DNA of 64,000 bases. Origin: Felis catus. Taxonomy: Eukaryota. This document shows, piece by piece, positions 25,201 through 37,200 of the stretch. The translations under genes and the position numbers were made by a program. A model generated the notes under the pieces. That model worked only from the letters and a program-made list of their open reading frames with translations. It made no database searches and had not been told where the DNA came from. Location: contig NC_058368.1 in NCBI RefSeq assembly GCF_018350175.1, positions 197,162,001 to 197,226,000 on the forward strand, written 5' to 3'. Each line of letters begins with the position of its first letter. Within the stretch, counting starts at the first letter, position 1.

Positions 25201-28200
25201 CTGGGCACCTCTTGCCCCTCTCTGCCTCAGTTTCCTCATCTGTAAGTATCAGAATTGGTCTTGCTGGGTCAGGTGCCATCCGGCTTCAAGCTTCCACAAC
25301 ATGGATGATCAAACCTACTGCAGCCACAAAACCATCCAGGGCAGTGATTTTAGCACAGCCCAAAGCCTGGCAAGAGACCGACTAGGGCGGAGAGAGAACT
25401 GGAGACACAAGTGAGCCCCCATGATCATCTCAGGAAGAATCGATAGGGACTATCCCACGCCCTGTGCAGTCAGAGCAGCAGAGCGTCCTGGGATCAGCCC
25501 CTTGCCAGCTCCAGCCTGTGCACCCTCCCCCAGCAGCACTTGCTTCCAAAGCTTGCAGATTCTCTTGAACTTGGGTCCTGGGCAGTCCCTCCCATCTCAA
25601 CTGATGTCATTCAGCCTTTTCACGTGCCCTCTTATCCCTGCAATCTACCTCCACCCCAAACGCCTCCTGCGTCTGCTCTGGTGCTGAGCCCAGCTGGAAC
25701 ATCTTACAGTCCCGAGGCGTTTGAGACCCTGGGGGCCTGTTCTGGACAAACTGGCTTTGTCAGGGTTGGTACGTTTCTGTGGTCACTCCGGATGCACGGC
25801 TTGTCATCCACAGCCACACATAGATATGCATGTGCTCACAGAGTCACCTGGACCCCAGCCCAGCCCCCTCTGAAACTGAGGAAATTGTTAGGTCTCAGCC
25901 TAGAGCCATGATTTATATTTGTATCGCCCCTCCACCAGCTCAGTGAGCTCAGATCCCAGTCCTGGGCTACCTCCACCTGTTTCTATCTTCCTCCAATTCT
26001 GTACCCCGCCCCCTCTGTTACCCCGGTAGCCTGTGGGCATGTGAGGGTGATACAGGGTACCAGTTGCCCCTGTGCATCCTCAATGCAAAGGGGGTGCTTC
26101 ATCGGCTGAGGCTCAGTAAACGCGTTTGCAAGAAGGAACAGGTCTCAGCGATGCCTGACTTCTCCTACGGGAGTGCAGGTAAGAATCATGAATGGAGCTC
26201 GTTATGGTGTGGGTTCCTAGGTCACACTCTCAGTATTTCTAATAAGGAAGTCCAGAGCAAAGGAGGGACCAGGGCATCTGGTCGAGTATCCATGCCTTGG
26301 AGTGCATCCTCCCAGCGCATTTGAGAAGGGTTGCTCTGGCCATGGAATTTAGGACACCAGACAGCAGGGTGGTGGGGTTGGAAAGTAGGTGGTAAAACAT
26401 TTAGGGGACACGAGAGCTTCCTTGCTCTTTTGAAATGACACCAAACTCCCCCCCCCGCCCCCCAGTATCACCTCAAGTGATTGGGGGATAGCCAACAAGA
26501 AAGACAGAACTGCAGCCCTGCGTGCGTCCCTCCACGTGGCCCCAGCAGACCATCTGCACAGATGGTGAATGGCCCCGCCCCTTGCCTGGCCACGCCCTCT
26601 CCGCCCGACGGACCGTACCATGCCGTTTGTAGATCGGGGGTTTCCGGTAGATGTTACTTTCTCCAGCTGCCAGGCCGACCCAGAAGGGACCAATGGGGAG
26701 AGGAGAGACAGAGAAAGAGAGAAAGACGGAGAGCGGAGGAAAGGAGACAGCAGTTGGTCAGCTGATCTGAGAACGAAAGACAGTCAGCGTCTTTCCCAAG
26801 GGTGCACCACCTTTCCCCGGTGGACGTCCTCTTTCAAAACTCAGTTTCCAACCTCAACCCGGGAGGTTCTAAGAAAGGTGAGGGAGGGGGAGAGGAATGG
26901 ATGGATTCTAATGGTGCGGAAGAAGGGACGCGGGCTCGAGTGGTGGGCATGCAGGCAGGAGGCGGCGCGTGCTCAGCAGGACCCCATGCAGGAAGGCGCC
27001 CCCTGCCTCCACCCTGCGGCCACGCCTCATTCCACGCACAAGTGCCCAGAATGCTTCAGCACGATCGCCCTCCCACTCGCTCAAAAACAGACAGGATGGG
27101 ACCTTTCCTGGGCAGTGGAGAAAGGTACAGATGAAACAGCAGGATGAGCTCCTGGGGAAAAGCGAGTGGGAATTAAACACCTGAGCTCAGAGTTGGGAGA
27201 CAGGGTTGAGGCCCGGCTCTGCTGAACTCTGGGCAAGACCCTAAGTCAGACCTACAAGGTCACCGAACCCCTGCCTTCCGCTCTATCTCCTATCACTCCC
27301 CTCGCCGCTCACCACTTCCAGGCACGCTGGCCTGCTGCCAGTTCAGTGTTTCAGGGCCTTTGCACTTGCCATGCCCTCTGCGCGGGACTTTTCCCCTGAG
27401 ATCTTCAATGGCTGACTCCTTCTCATCTTTCCCCACCCCAGTCACTCTACCGCGGTGCCCTGTTTATTATGTTTACTGCACATATCATCTATCTGAAATT
27501 ACCCTTTTACTCGTTTACTCTTTTACTAAATTTCTTTCCACATATAAACACCATGAAGGCAGGACCTGGGCTGGTTTGAGCACATTTGCAACCTCAGGGC
27601 CCAGAACAGTGCCTGGCTGTATAGAGAGAACAACAGAGGCTCAGGAAAGCTAAGTAACTGGCCCCAGCTCACAGGCTTCTAAGTGGCGGAATCAGGATTC
27701 AGTCCCAAGAGTTTTGATGCCAAAGCCCAGGACTTCCAGCATGGTTACTGCCGGGTCCCGGCACGGTCCTCAGACACTCAAGGCACTTCTCTGGCTGCTT
27801 CGTGGTGGTCTTGATCAAGGCTGGCTCTGTCAAGTGGGTGGCCCAAAGCCCATGGGCGAGTCGGGACTGCAGGGTGGGTTAGTGTGGGTAGCTGGTTAGG
27901 GAGGGTCCCCAGGAACCGGCTTCTCTTCGCTGCCGGTGCAGGGAGCCCGGCGTCCCCATGGAGCATGCACCCGTGCTGGGAATTCCGGGCTGGCATCCTA
28001 CCTGGGATGTGAAAGTGCTTGGGAGCCTGGTAAGAGGTCGGAGTGGAGGACCTCACATCTAACTGGCTATGGTATGGAGAGCTCCGGCCACTCTCGGGCC
28101 CTGGAGCACGCAGGCAGTGGTCCCCAGAAAGAACAGAGGCACAGAGAAAACAGGCATTAACGCGGTGGCAGTTAAGGCAGCAGTGACGTGATGACAGCAG

Positions 28201-31200
28201 GGATGGCGGGGAGGGGCTGTGCTCTCATGCACCGTGTCTGCAGAAACAGGCTGGACCCTGTTTTCTTGCCTCACCCCGAAGTCAGATTTTGTAGGTTGTA
28301 AGAATCAACCCCACTGAGCATCAGGAAGGTGACTTTGCACCTCTTAGCTCCCCACCACCCCTCTTGATTACTTCTTTCCTCCGTCCAAGCACCTGCTTCA
28401 CTCCTAACCTCAAGGTGGCCGTGGATGGCCTGACCGGAGGGGGTAAGGCTGGGCCTGTTTCTGGTCCTCTGGCTCTACCCTCTGGATGGGGCAGGCCAAG
28501 GCCAACGGCAAAGGAGTCTTCTTCCAGCCAAGGCTGCTGGGATGCCTGCAACTTCTCTCCTCTTACCACCCGCCTTCCTGTTGCTTCTCAGCCCCTTCTC
28601 TCCCCCTGCTAGGGGCATCTCAATATGGCCCAGCTGGTCACCTGGGTGTGGTCACAGACCCCCCAGAGGGCTGTGCTGTGACGGAGATCTGGGGCAGGGG
28701 CCCTGTGCCGTCTCTGCAGCTGGCGACAGAGCCAGCCACTGCGTTGTCCCCTGGCTCTTCTTTTCCCTTTGGGGGCTTCCCCCTTCCTTACCAGAGCGGT
28801 AGTAGTGGTGAGGCGAGCGGGAAAAGGTGGGAGACATGCCCTGCCGGCTGTAGGTGGGGGAGTCGATGTATCCTGGGCTGGAGGCCCTTCTCTGTCGGAG
28901 GTCCAGGCTCTCGTAGATGTCCTGGGGGAGGAAGTGGGCCGTGAGCAAGGCCGGCGATGCAGCAGGCCTGTGGCTCAAGGGTCTAGCAGGCAGATGGGGG
29001 AGGGACATGGAATCTAGGATTCTAGGGGATCCAAAATTCATGGTGCTGCCCTTCTGAATACAGAGGCCCCCTCCCTGGGTTACACACATGACCTGAGACA
29101 AGTTTTGGGGGCCTTCACCCATCACTCCGTCCCTTGAACAGAACCCGTAGGTCACGTGCCTGGAATCCTGGCCAAGGATCAGAGGAGCATCAGGGAGGCC
29201 CTCTCTGGGTAGAAGGGGTGCACCCTCTACTGTTTATGTCGCAGCCACTTCCTCCAGATCATGCTTCTATGTCTCCTGTCTGTGCCGTGGTTGGGGAGCC
29301 CCCCAGGGGGCTGGGGAGGGGTGAAACCAGTGGTCGGCTTGGTCAGCATAAAGGGACACAATCATATAAAAGGTCTTCCTGAACCAGCTCGATTACCTGG
29401 GAGTAGGGAGATAGTGTTCCCAGCGACTTAGAAGCGAAGAGTTTGAAGGCCATGGTGGAAGGAGCAAAGGAAAAGAGAGGAGGGAGAGAGGAAGAGGGTT
29501 AAGTAGCACAGCAGAGGCCGGCCTGCAGCTGCTCCTGGGCCCCCTCCCCAGACAGCAGGTGCACTTAGCATACGGGGATACCAGCAGTGCCCACAGAGAG
29601 CAGGAAACCCAGAGATGGTGCGCTCCTTTTACCAACGGGAAACCAAGGCCCAGAGAGGGCATGGGGTGGTTCCGGGCCTCTCGGGTACGACGTGGCAGGC
29701 TCTTCGCTTGGACCCAGGCTTCTCCACCACAAGCTCAGAGCCATTTCCTGACCCCTCCTTGTCCTTCCACCAGTTCACGACCCTCTGTGGTTCATGACAA
29801 CAGTGTGCAGGGCGGGGGACCCAAATGTAAGGCCAACTGAAGGCCAGGCCGCGGCCATCAACGTGGGAGCTGGGTTGGAGGGTGGTGTAGCAGATTGGAG
29901 ATGAGACATCCCATCCTGCAGAGGGCGCTGGCCGCTCAGCCCGTGGGACACCTGCTCAAAGTGAACCCAGCTCCTTAAGTTTCCAGGACAAGTCAGAAAT
30001 GCAGGTTGTTATGTGAAATCTCTCCGTGTGTAAATATTGGCAACTGATTTGCATTTTCAAAAGATACTTTGTGAGTGAAACAAAACAGATCTGGAGTTGG
30101 CTTTGACTCGTGGGGCCCAGGGAGCCATTTCTGGCTTCAGGAGCATCAGCTTCTACCTGACACTTGGTCCCCTGTTCCCGGTTCGTATTGCATTGGGCTG
30201 TCCAACCAAAGAACCCTAATCCCTTTAGAGAGGAAGGGGTGGGGACAAGAACCTGGGTCCCTGCTCCCCAGGCCAGGCCTTCTTCTGCTTTAAACAATCT
30301 CAGTTCAGGGGCCATGGATGGGGCTAGAAGCTGCCTGAGATAGAGATTGCCAGGACCTTCGGGGTAACAGCCACGCTGCCTTCTCCAGAGAACACTTTCT
30401 CTTGTCCAGCCACCACTGAATTATTTCGAAAGCCATCTGATGCTGAATTTTTAAAAAGTGGCTCTTGCTCTGAGCATAGGGACTTAAGATCAGGTACAAA
30501 AACCAGAGAACCAACCTACCAGGGATTATAAACCTAAGGCCACTGAGCCTGTCAGGGGGTGACAGCTATAGGCTGTGTATAAGATTACTTCACTAGAAGA
30601 AAAACAGTAGCTCAAGTGATATGTGGTCACAGGTTCTCGGCTTCAATGTTGGGGTTCTCAGGGGGTGGCGGAGACTGGGGAGAACTGGGGAGCCCCTGTC
30701 CTGCCTATAGAAGGCGCTGCTCCCCCCCTCTCCAGATGGTGGAAATTCTGGTGTACTGTCACCTGCTCTGATTTTTCAAGAAAAGCCAGATTTCTGGGTG
30801 AAATTTTGATTTTTAAATGTTGACTATAAATTCCAGTTTATAACAGTCCAGGGGCCAGCACTGTGGAAGCCGAAGTGTCTGTCTGTGATGGAGTGGCTGG
30901 GGACCCTGTGGGCCTCCTCTCCTTCGACAGCCCCCGAGAGAGGGGCGAGACGCCATACCTCTCCATAGCCACATCTCTCCAGCATCTCGTCGGACGTGTA
31001 TCTGGAATGAGGCTCGTAGGAAATGAGGTCGGGGCGTTGTACCTCGTAGATGGACTTGACCTTGGGGAGAGCTGCCAGGTCTTTGTAATTAAGGATCTCA
31101 TTATCCACTTTAGCCTGAGGAAGAGGAAAGGTATAGGAAAGAGGCGGAGAGATAAGAGGGAAAAGGGAGAGGACACAAAAACCAGGCACAGGGGCAATGA

Positions 31201-34200
31201 GCTTCTCCAGGTTCCGCTAGAGACAAGGTCTTAGGAAGATGAGGAGAGTGTTAGAATCAGGCAGGTCATAGAGGCCATCCATTCCAACAGGGCTAACACT
31301 GATCGAGCGCATTTTAGGTGGGAGGCCCTGTGCTTTGCAGGAATTGTCTCCTCTAAGTGTCCGGATGCCTCTGTGAAGTCAGTGTCAATGTTACTACTAT
31401 TTTTCAGAGAAGGAAACTGAGGCTCCAAACGTTCTGCACTTTGCGCCGTTTAGCCAGTAGGTTTGAATCCAGTCTGAACCACACAGCCTGGGTGGGGACT
31501 GCCTTTTGACCCCCCACCCCCACCCCCCGCCACAGGAAGGATATCCTCATTCACGGCTCTTTGAAGATGATGGAGATGATAAAGACAATTACCCACGGAG
31601 AGTGAAACACTAGCTAACACTGGGTGAGCACTCATCACGGGCCAGACTCTGTCGTAAGTCCCCTGTAGGAATGAACTCCCTTAACTCCTACAACTCACAA
31701 CGCTACTAGTAGGCACTCCTATCATCTCGATTTTTTGAATGAGGAAACAGGCACAGAGAAATCAATGAACTTGCCCAAGGTCATACAACCAATAAGTAGC
31801 AAAATCAGAATTCAAACCCAGCCAGTCTAGCCTGGGAACTGGCCTTCTCCAGTAGCCTCTGCTAGCTTGGCAGGTGGAGAGGTGGAGAACTCTGCCGTTG
31901 GCTGAGTTCAGCCTTCTAGAACTGCACTGATCAAGAAGAGACAGCTTCCCCTTGCATGGGGCAGACCACCTCTCGTGGCTTCTGAAGCCATGTACTCTCC
32001 ACGTCTGCATCCTCCACCTGTTCCCCCTGTGACCCGCTTCTGCTGTGGTCATCAAGGATCTGTCGCCCCATAACTACTGTGGCTTGCAAGGTCCTGACAT
32101 GAGATAAACTGCGAGGCCACTAGACAGAGACTCCAAAGAAACGGAATTATCCTCATGACATTCTTCTAGTGCCTTGGGGCCCAGGTGAGTCTCAAGCCAA
32201 AACTATGGCAGAGGGGGCAACTTTCATAAAGACCTTATGAGCACTGCTGTTTGAAACACTTTCCAGGGTCCTTCCACCATTCTGTCCTGGTCCCAGCCCA
32301 CCACTGTTTGAGCACTTTGTGTTCATTCTCCATTGCTTCTAGATCCACTGTCCACTCCTCCTTGCCCTGATTTGGGCTCTGAGACCCCATGGGCTACATC
32401 AAGACTCCCTGGATTTCAGTTGGGTTGTGTCAATGCGGGGGGGGGTCACCTGCAGACAGGGGGGTGATGGCGAGAGAGGCTGTGTACCTGTGTACCTGTC
32501 CCCTTGGCACCGCCCTTGCCCCGCTGGTTGTGGTGGGCATCGATCCTATCCAGGGTTGCCTTTCACGGCGCCAGCTTTCGCCAGGCCATCTCTTCAGGCT
32601 TAAGGTAGTGACAGCTCCTGCTGCTGTAGACCCTGCATGCCACACTCTGTCTTGTGGGTCCTCTAACCCTGCCTACACCTCTGTGAATGGTCCCTTCGCA
32701 GAACCTTCTCAGCTAAACCCTTAGAGATGCACCATGTCATCTCTGCCACAGCCTGCCCAGCTCAGGCACCATATCTGTACCGATCTGGGGGTGGGTGGGT
32801 CAAGGGAACCTTGTGAGAAGGGTCCACCTGCCGAAGTAACTGCCGCCTTTTGTTGTGGGATGTTAGGTCTTGACCTTGAGAGCTCCTGGCATCTTGCAGA
32901 CTTGTCTCGACCCATCAATACTCTTCTCAGTCCAAACCTCAGAAATACTAAATTTATATTTCTTCCTGTAGGCTCCTTGTTTATAGGGTTATAAATGAGC
33001 CTTAGGTTTGGAGGCGCAGTGATTGAACAGAGGCATCCCAACATAATTAGCCAGGAAGGAAGGCAGAGAACATGTGGGGCTGGTCGAAGACAAAACTCCT
33101 TAAGATGATTCTAGCAGTCAAGGGGGGGATGAGCAAAGCTGGAAAGAGCCTGCCCCCTCCAGGTCCAGTGATAACTCTATTTGAATACCAAGCCTCAGTA
33201 TTTATGAAAATTAAGCCAACACTCTTCTCTTTCTGTTATCGCATGTTCCCAAAACGGTGGGATGGTTCCTTCCCTGAATGTGGAAGCCATGTTTGGAATG
33301 GTCTGATTGAAAAATGGCCCCCATGACGTGCAGTCACTCCCCAGAGCAGCTGAAGGTGAGCGTTCTAAAAAGTGAGAAAGGAGAGTACAGAAAGGGAGAC
33401 ACATGTCTACACTGGCACGCGTGGGGAACTGATCTCCACGGGCAAGCTCCCCTCCCCCCCCCACCCCGGTGGACAGCTCAACGGCAGGTGTCCCCAGCTG
33501 CTCTTGTTCACTTGTATGGAGCTGTTTCTCAGAGGAGCGACACGGCGCTGTTTCTCCAGGACTCCAGGGTGCGCATCACCAGGCCTAGTTTGTTTCACAA
33601 AGGTTAGCCAGGCTCCTCAGAAGCAGGGGAGACCAGCCAGAGATGAAAGGCACTAGAGCACTGCTATATGTATGTATTCCCCAAGTTCGTATATCCTGGC
33701 AACGCTCTGCGGGAGACGTGCTCACTTCTGTCAATAGCCTTCTCATGGTGTAGGCCCTGAAACTAAGCTCACGAATTCTGCGTGCGTCTGGCCCCGTTCA
33801 TAGCACCGGGGGGACGAGAGTCTCTCTTGTTCTGGACAGGACTCTTCAGTGAGTACGGCCTGTGATCGAAGCGCTGGTCTGCGGGAGCCGCAAGGCAGTA
33901 TTGACCATACTGAAGTTGCTGTCCATGGTAACTTTTAGGTCTGATTTTCATTGAACAGAGGAAGAAAGGAAAGGAAACAGTCCCACTAAGGGGCGTTATC
34001 CAGGGATCAAGGAGGAAGCTGGATGTGGATCTGAGGTAAAATCGTGATGAAGCAATGGTGGTCAGGGCCCACTCAGGGTTGGCTAGTTTGGGGACTGTAT
34101 CTAGAACTTCTTACCAGGAGCGGTTTTCCTGCTGTAGACCGCTCCCCTGCCCCACCTCCTCTTCTGGCCTTCGTGGCCCCTCAGACTTGGGGAAGGCTGG

Positions 34201-37200
34201 AACAGTCTGCAGTCAGACGGTTCCTCTTCTTTGCTCATCTCTGTCCTCTCTGGCTCTGCCTCCCCCACCTGCTTTAACTCACTTCTGTTTCTCTCTCAGG
34301 TCTGAGCTTAAGTGTTTCTTTCTCAGGATTCTTCCTCCAGTTGGTCCTAGACTGTCCGTCCCTCTGTCCATCTGCACCATCATCAGAGCACCCGGAACTT
34401 TTTCTTCCTAGTAGCACTTATCAGAACTGTGAGTGATTACGCATGTAGTCAATGTCATGAGGACAGGCATCAAGTCAGGGCACTTCACCACCATTTTCCA
34501 GCACAGACCCAGCCCAGAGGAGCCACTTAGCACACGTTTGTTGAATGAATGAATGAATGGATAAATTACATATCCAAGGGACTTCTGAGCTCATCTGGCT
34601 CAACTCTTGTCCCTTCTGCCATGTCCCTGCAAGTGATGAGTTTCTCGGTTTGAATGCTTCGGGGATGGGAGCTCAGGCACACACCTGCGGTCCTCTCCAC
34701 CTTTGAACTTCTTAGGTCACCAGTAAGCTTTTCTTTACATTTGCAAATCCACATTCCTACGGCTTCTTCTTCCTCTCTGCCTCCTTGTCACCCAACCCTA
34801 TCTCCACACGGACCTCCCCCGCAGTCCCTACTCTGAATGCCACTCTGACCCCAGATTTTGGTCTCACTCTTGTCTCAGTTAAACAATGGGGAAGGACGCA
34901 CACTGCAGGGGTCTCAGAGCTCATCAAGGGCTCTTCTGTCTTTGCACTTTCTTGGGATCCTGCTGCACTTGATTATCCCCGTAACACTGTTTGATGTGGC
35001 TGTGTGCTCCGTGAGGGCAGCGTCTATGTCCTTCCTCCCTGTGCCCCACTGAGTCCTCAGGACCTAGCACAGAGTCTAGCACATGACAGGCAAGCACAAG
35101 GCATTAGCTGGATGAAAACCTCACAGCTATCTTTGGGGGTCCTTAGGAACTCTTTAGATCCCAGACCTGGGGCTAAGGAAGGCCTCTGGTGGCTGAAAAG
35201 TGATACATACGCAGATGACTCGGTTGGGTGACCCGATGCTGGAGCCAGGGGGTGAGATGGAAGTTTCGGACGTCCGCCTATGCTGTGGGAGAGAGGAGAC
35301 AGAAAAGAGTGAGAAGGTGCACCTCGCTCTGGAGGGGAAGAGGGGCGGGGAGGAAGAAGGTGGCTGTGCAGGGGACAGCGACAACACTGTGAAATGCACT
35401 TGCTGGCCTTCTGTACTTTCTCTTTATTTTCTGCCTTTTAAATCCGTGTCTGAGTGTGAATGGAATTGGAAATGCACAGGACTTTGGGCTGTTGGACAGA
35501 ATTTGGATTTTTGTTCATTTGTTTGTTTTACATATTTGAGGTAAGCATTTATTCATAAAATTTTTCATTGGGGGTTATCCTGCCAATAATGTATTTACTT
35601 TAAACGAATAAAATTGGTTAGTACTTATTCCTTAGCAGTTTGTTGATATAAAACATACCAGCAGGTTAAACTTCATGCAATTGCATAATGTATTGATTCT
35701 TTACAGGGTATCCATTGCGAATTAACATCAGCCTAAGTGATAAACTTAAAAAATCTTTCTCTGAACGGTGGCAATGATGTGTTAATGGCTCCCTTAGCCG
35801 AATGGCACTATGTCAACCTCAGTGCAGCCCTGAGAGTGGCAGCATGTAGTTGAAAAGCAGACAGAACGGGGACCAAGGATCACTGGTGAACTATGTGATT
35901 TTAGAGATCCCGGATTCCCCATCTGTAAAATGAAGGGGCTGGTCTTTGGGATTGCTAAATTTCCTGCCAGATTTCTCACGGCACAGCTTAGAATTAAAGC
36001 ATTCTACTTGGGGCCCTGGAGCAGTGTTGCCCAAACTGTGGGTCATGAACTAGTGATCCTAGTTCATGGGAAGATGAATTTAGGGGGAGCATTTGATGAT
36101 ACCGAGTTGCAGAATGGGCGTGTAAAATGTAAAATTGTATTTCATTCCTCTTGGTTAGATCAAGGAGGAAGTCTTAATTTAGTGCTAATATATTTTAGCA
36201 ACTTTCTTGACAGTTCCTTTTTTTTTTTTAAACAATGCCATCTAGCTGGAATTTCTCAGATTTATTTATAAGAAACATTTCATTTGCATTGAATGTATTT
36301 TATGGTTGCCTTCTACTGTTAAAGCAAGTAATGCTGGTTTTCTTATTTAAAATAAGTTCTGTTGGGGCGCCTGGGTGGCGCAGTCGGTTAAGCGTCCGAC
36401 TTCAGCCAGGTCACGATCTCGCGGTCCGTGAGTTCGAGCCCCGCGTCGGGCTCTGGGCTGATGGCTCGGAGCCTGGAGCTTGTTTCCGATTCTGTGTCTC
36501 CCTCTCTCTCTGCCCCTCCCCCGTTCATGCTCTGTCTCTCTCTGTCCCAAAAATAAAAATAAATGTTGAAAAAAAAATTAAAAAAAAAAAGTTCTGTTAA
36601 GTAAAGAACAGTGGGTTGACGTAAAGAAAAAATATTGATACAGGTGATTCACAGCCATGGCAAAAGCATCAGGGTTGTAGGAGGGTAACTGGATTTGAGA
36701 AATGCCACCCAAAAGGTGGAAATCGGGGAAGAAAGGGCAATTAGGTCTTTTTACATCTTAAATGGGAGAGGACCTGGAAGAAACAGGGGGAAAAAGAACC
36801 TCACGGCTCAAACAAAATTATCTGTCAACAGACCAGTTCTTTCACAAAGAGGCATTTTGGATATTATCCAGTGCCCGTCCCCAACACACACCCAGGTTTC
36901 TCCTCCACGGTATCGAGGACTCAGGAGCTGGGCTCCTCCCTGCAGTCCTTGGAACAGGAACCCAGATTCACAGGACTTCCTGGTACTAGTCAGAGCGGTA
37001 ATTGAAAGGGACACAGGACCGCAGCTGGCCTAGCGTGTGCCTGGGGACACGGGCTGTGCTCCTGCTGGCAGCATTACTGTGGGCAAATCACCAACCTCTT
37101 TCGACTTTGAATTTCTCACAAGCCAAGAGAGGATAAAATTCCCTGTCCCATCTGATCCATGGGGTTAAAGAAATGAAATCAGAGAGTGGCTGATGCTTTG

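Noticed and set aside
36044..36068. 10-bp inverted repeat catgaactag/ctagttcatg
   Set aside because: It is short and lies inside a DNA transposon relic; nothing points to function.
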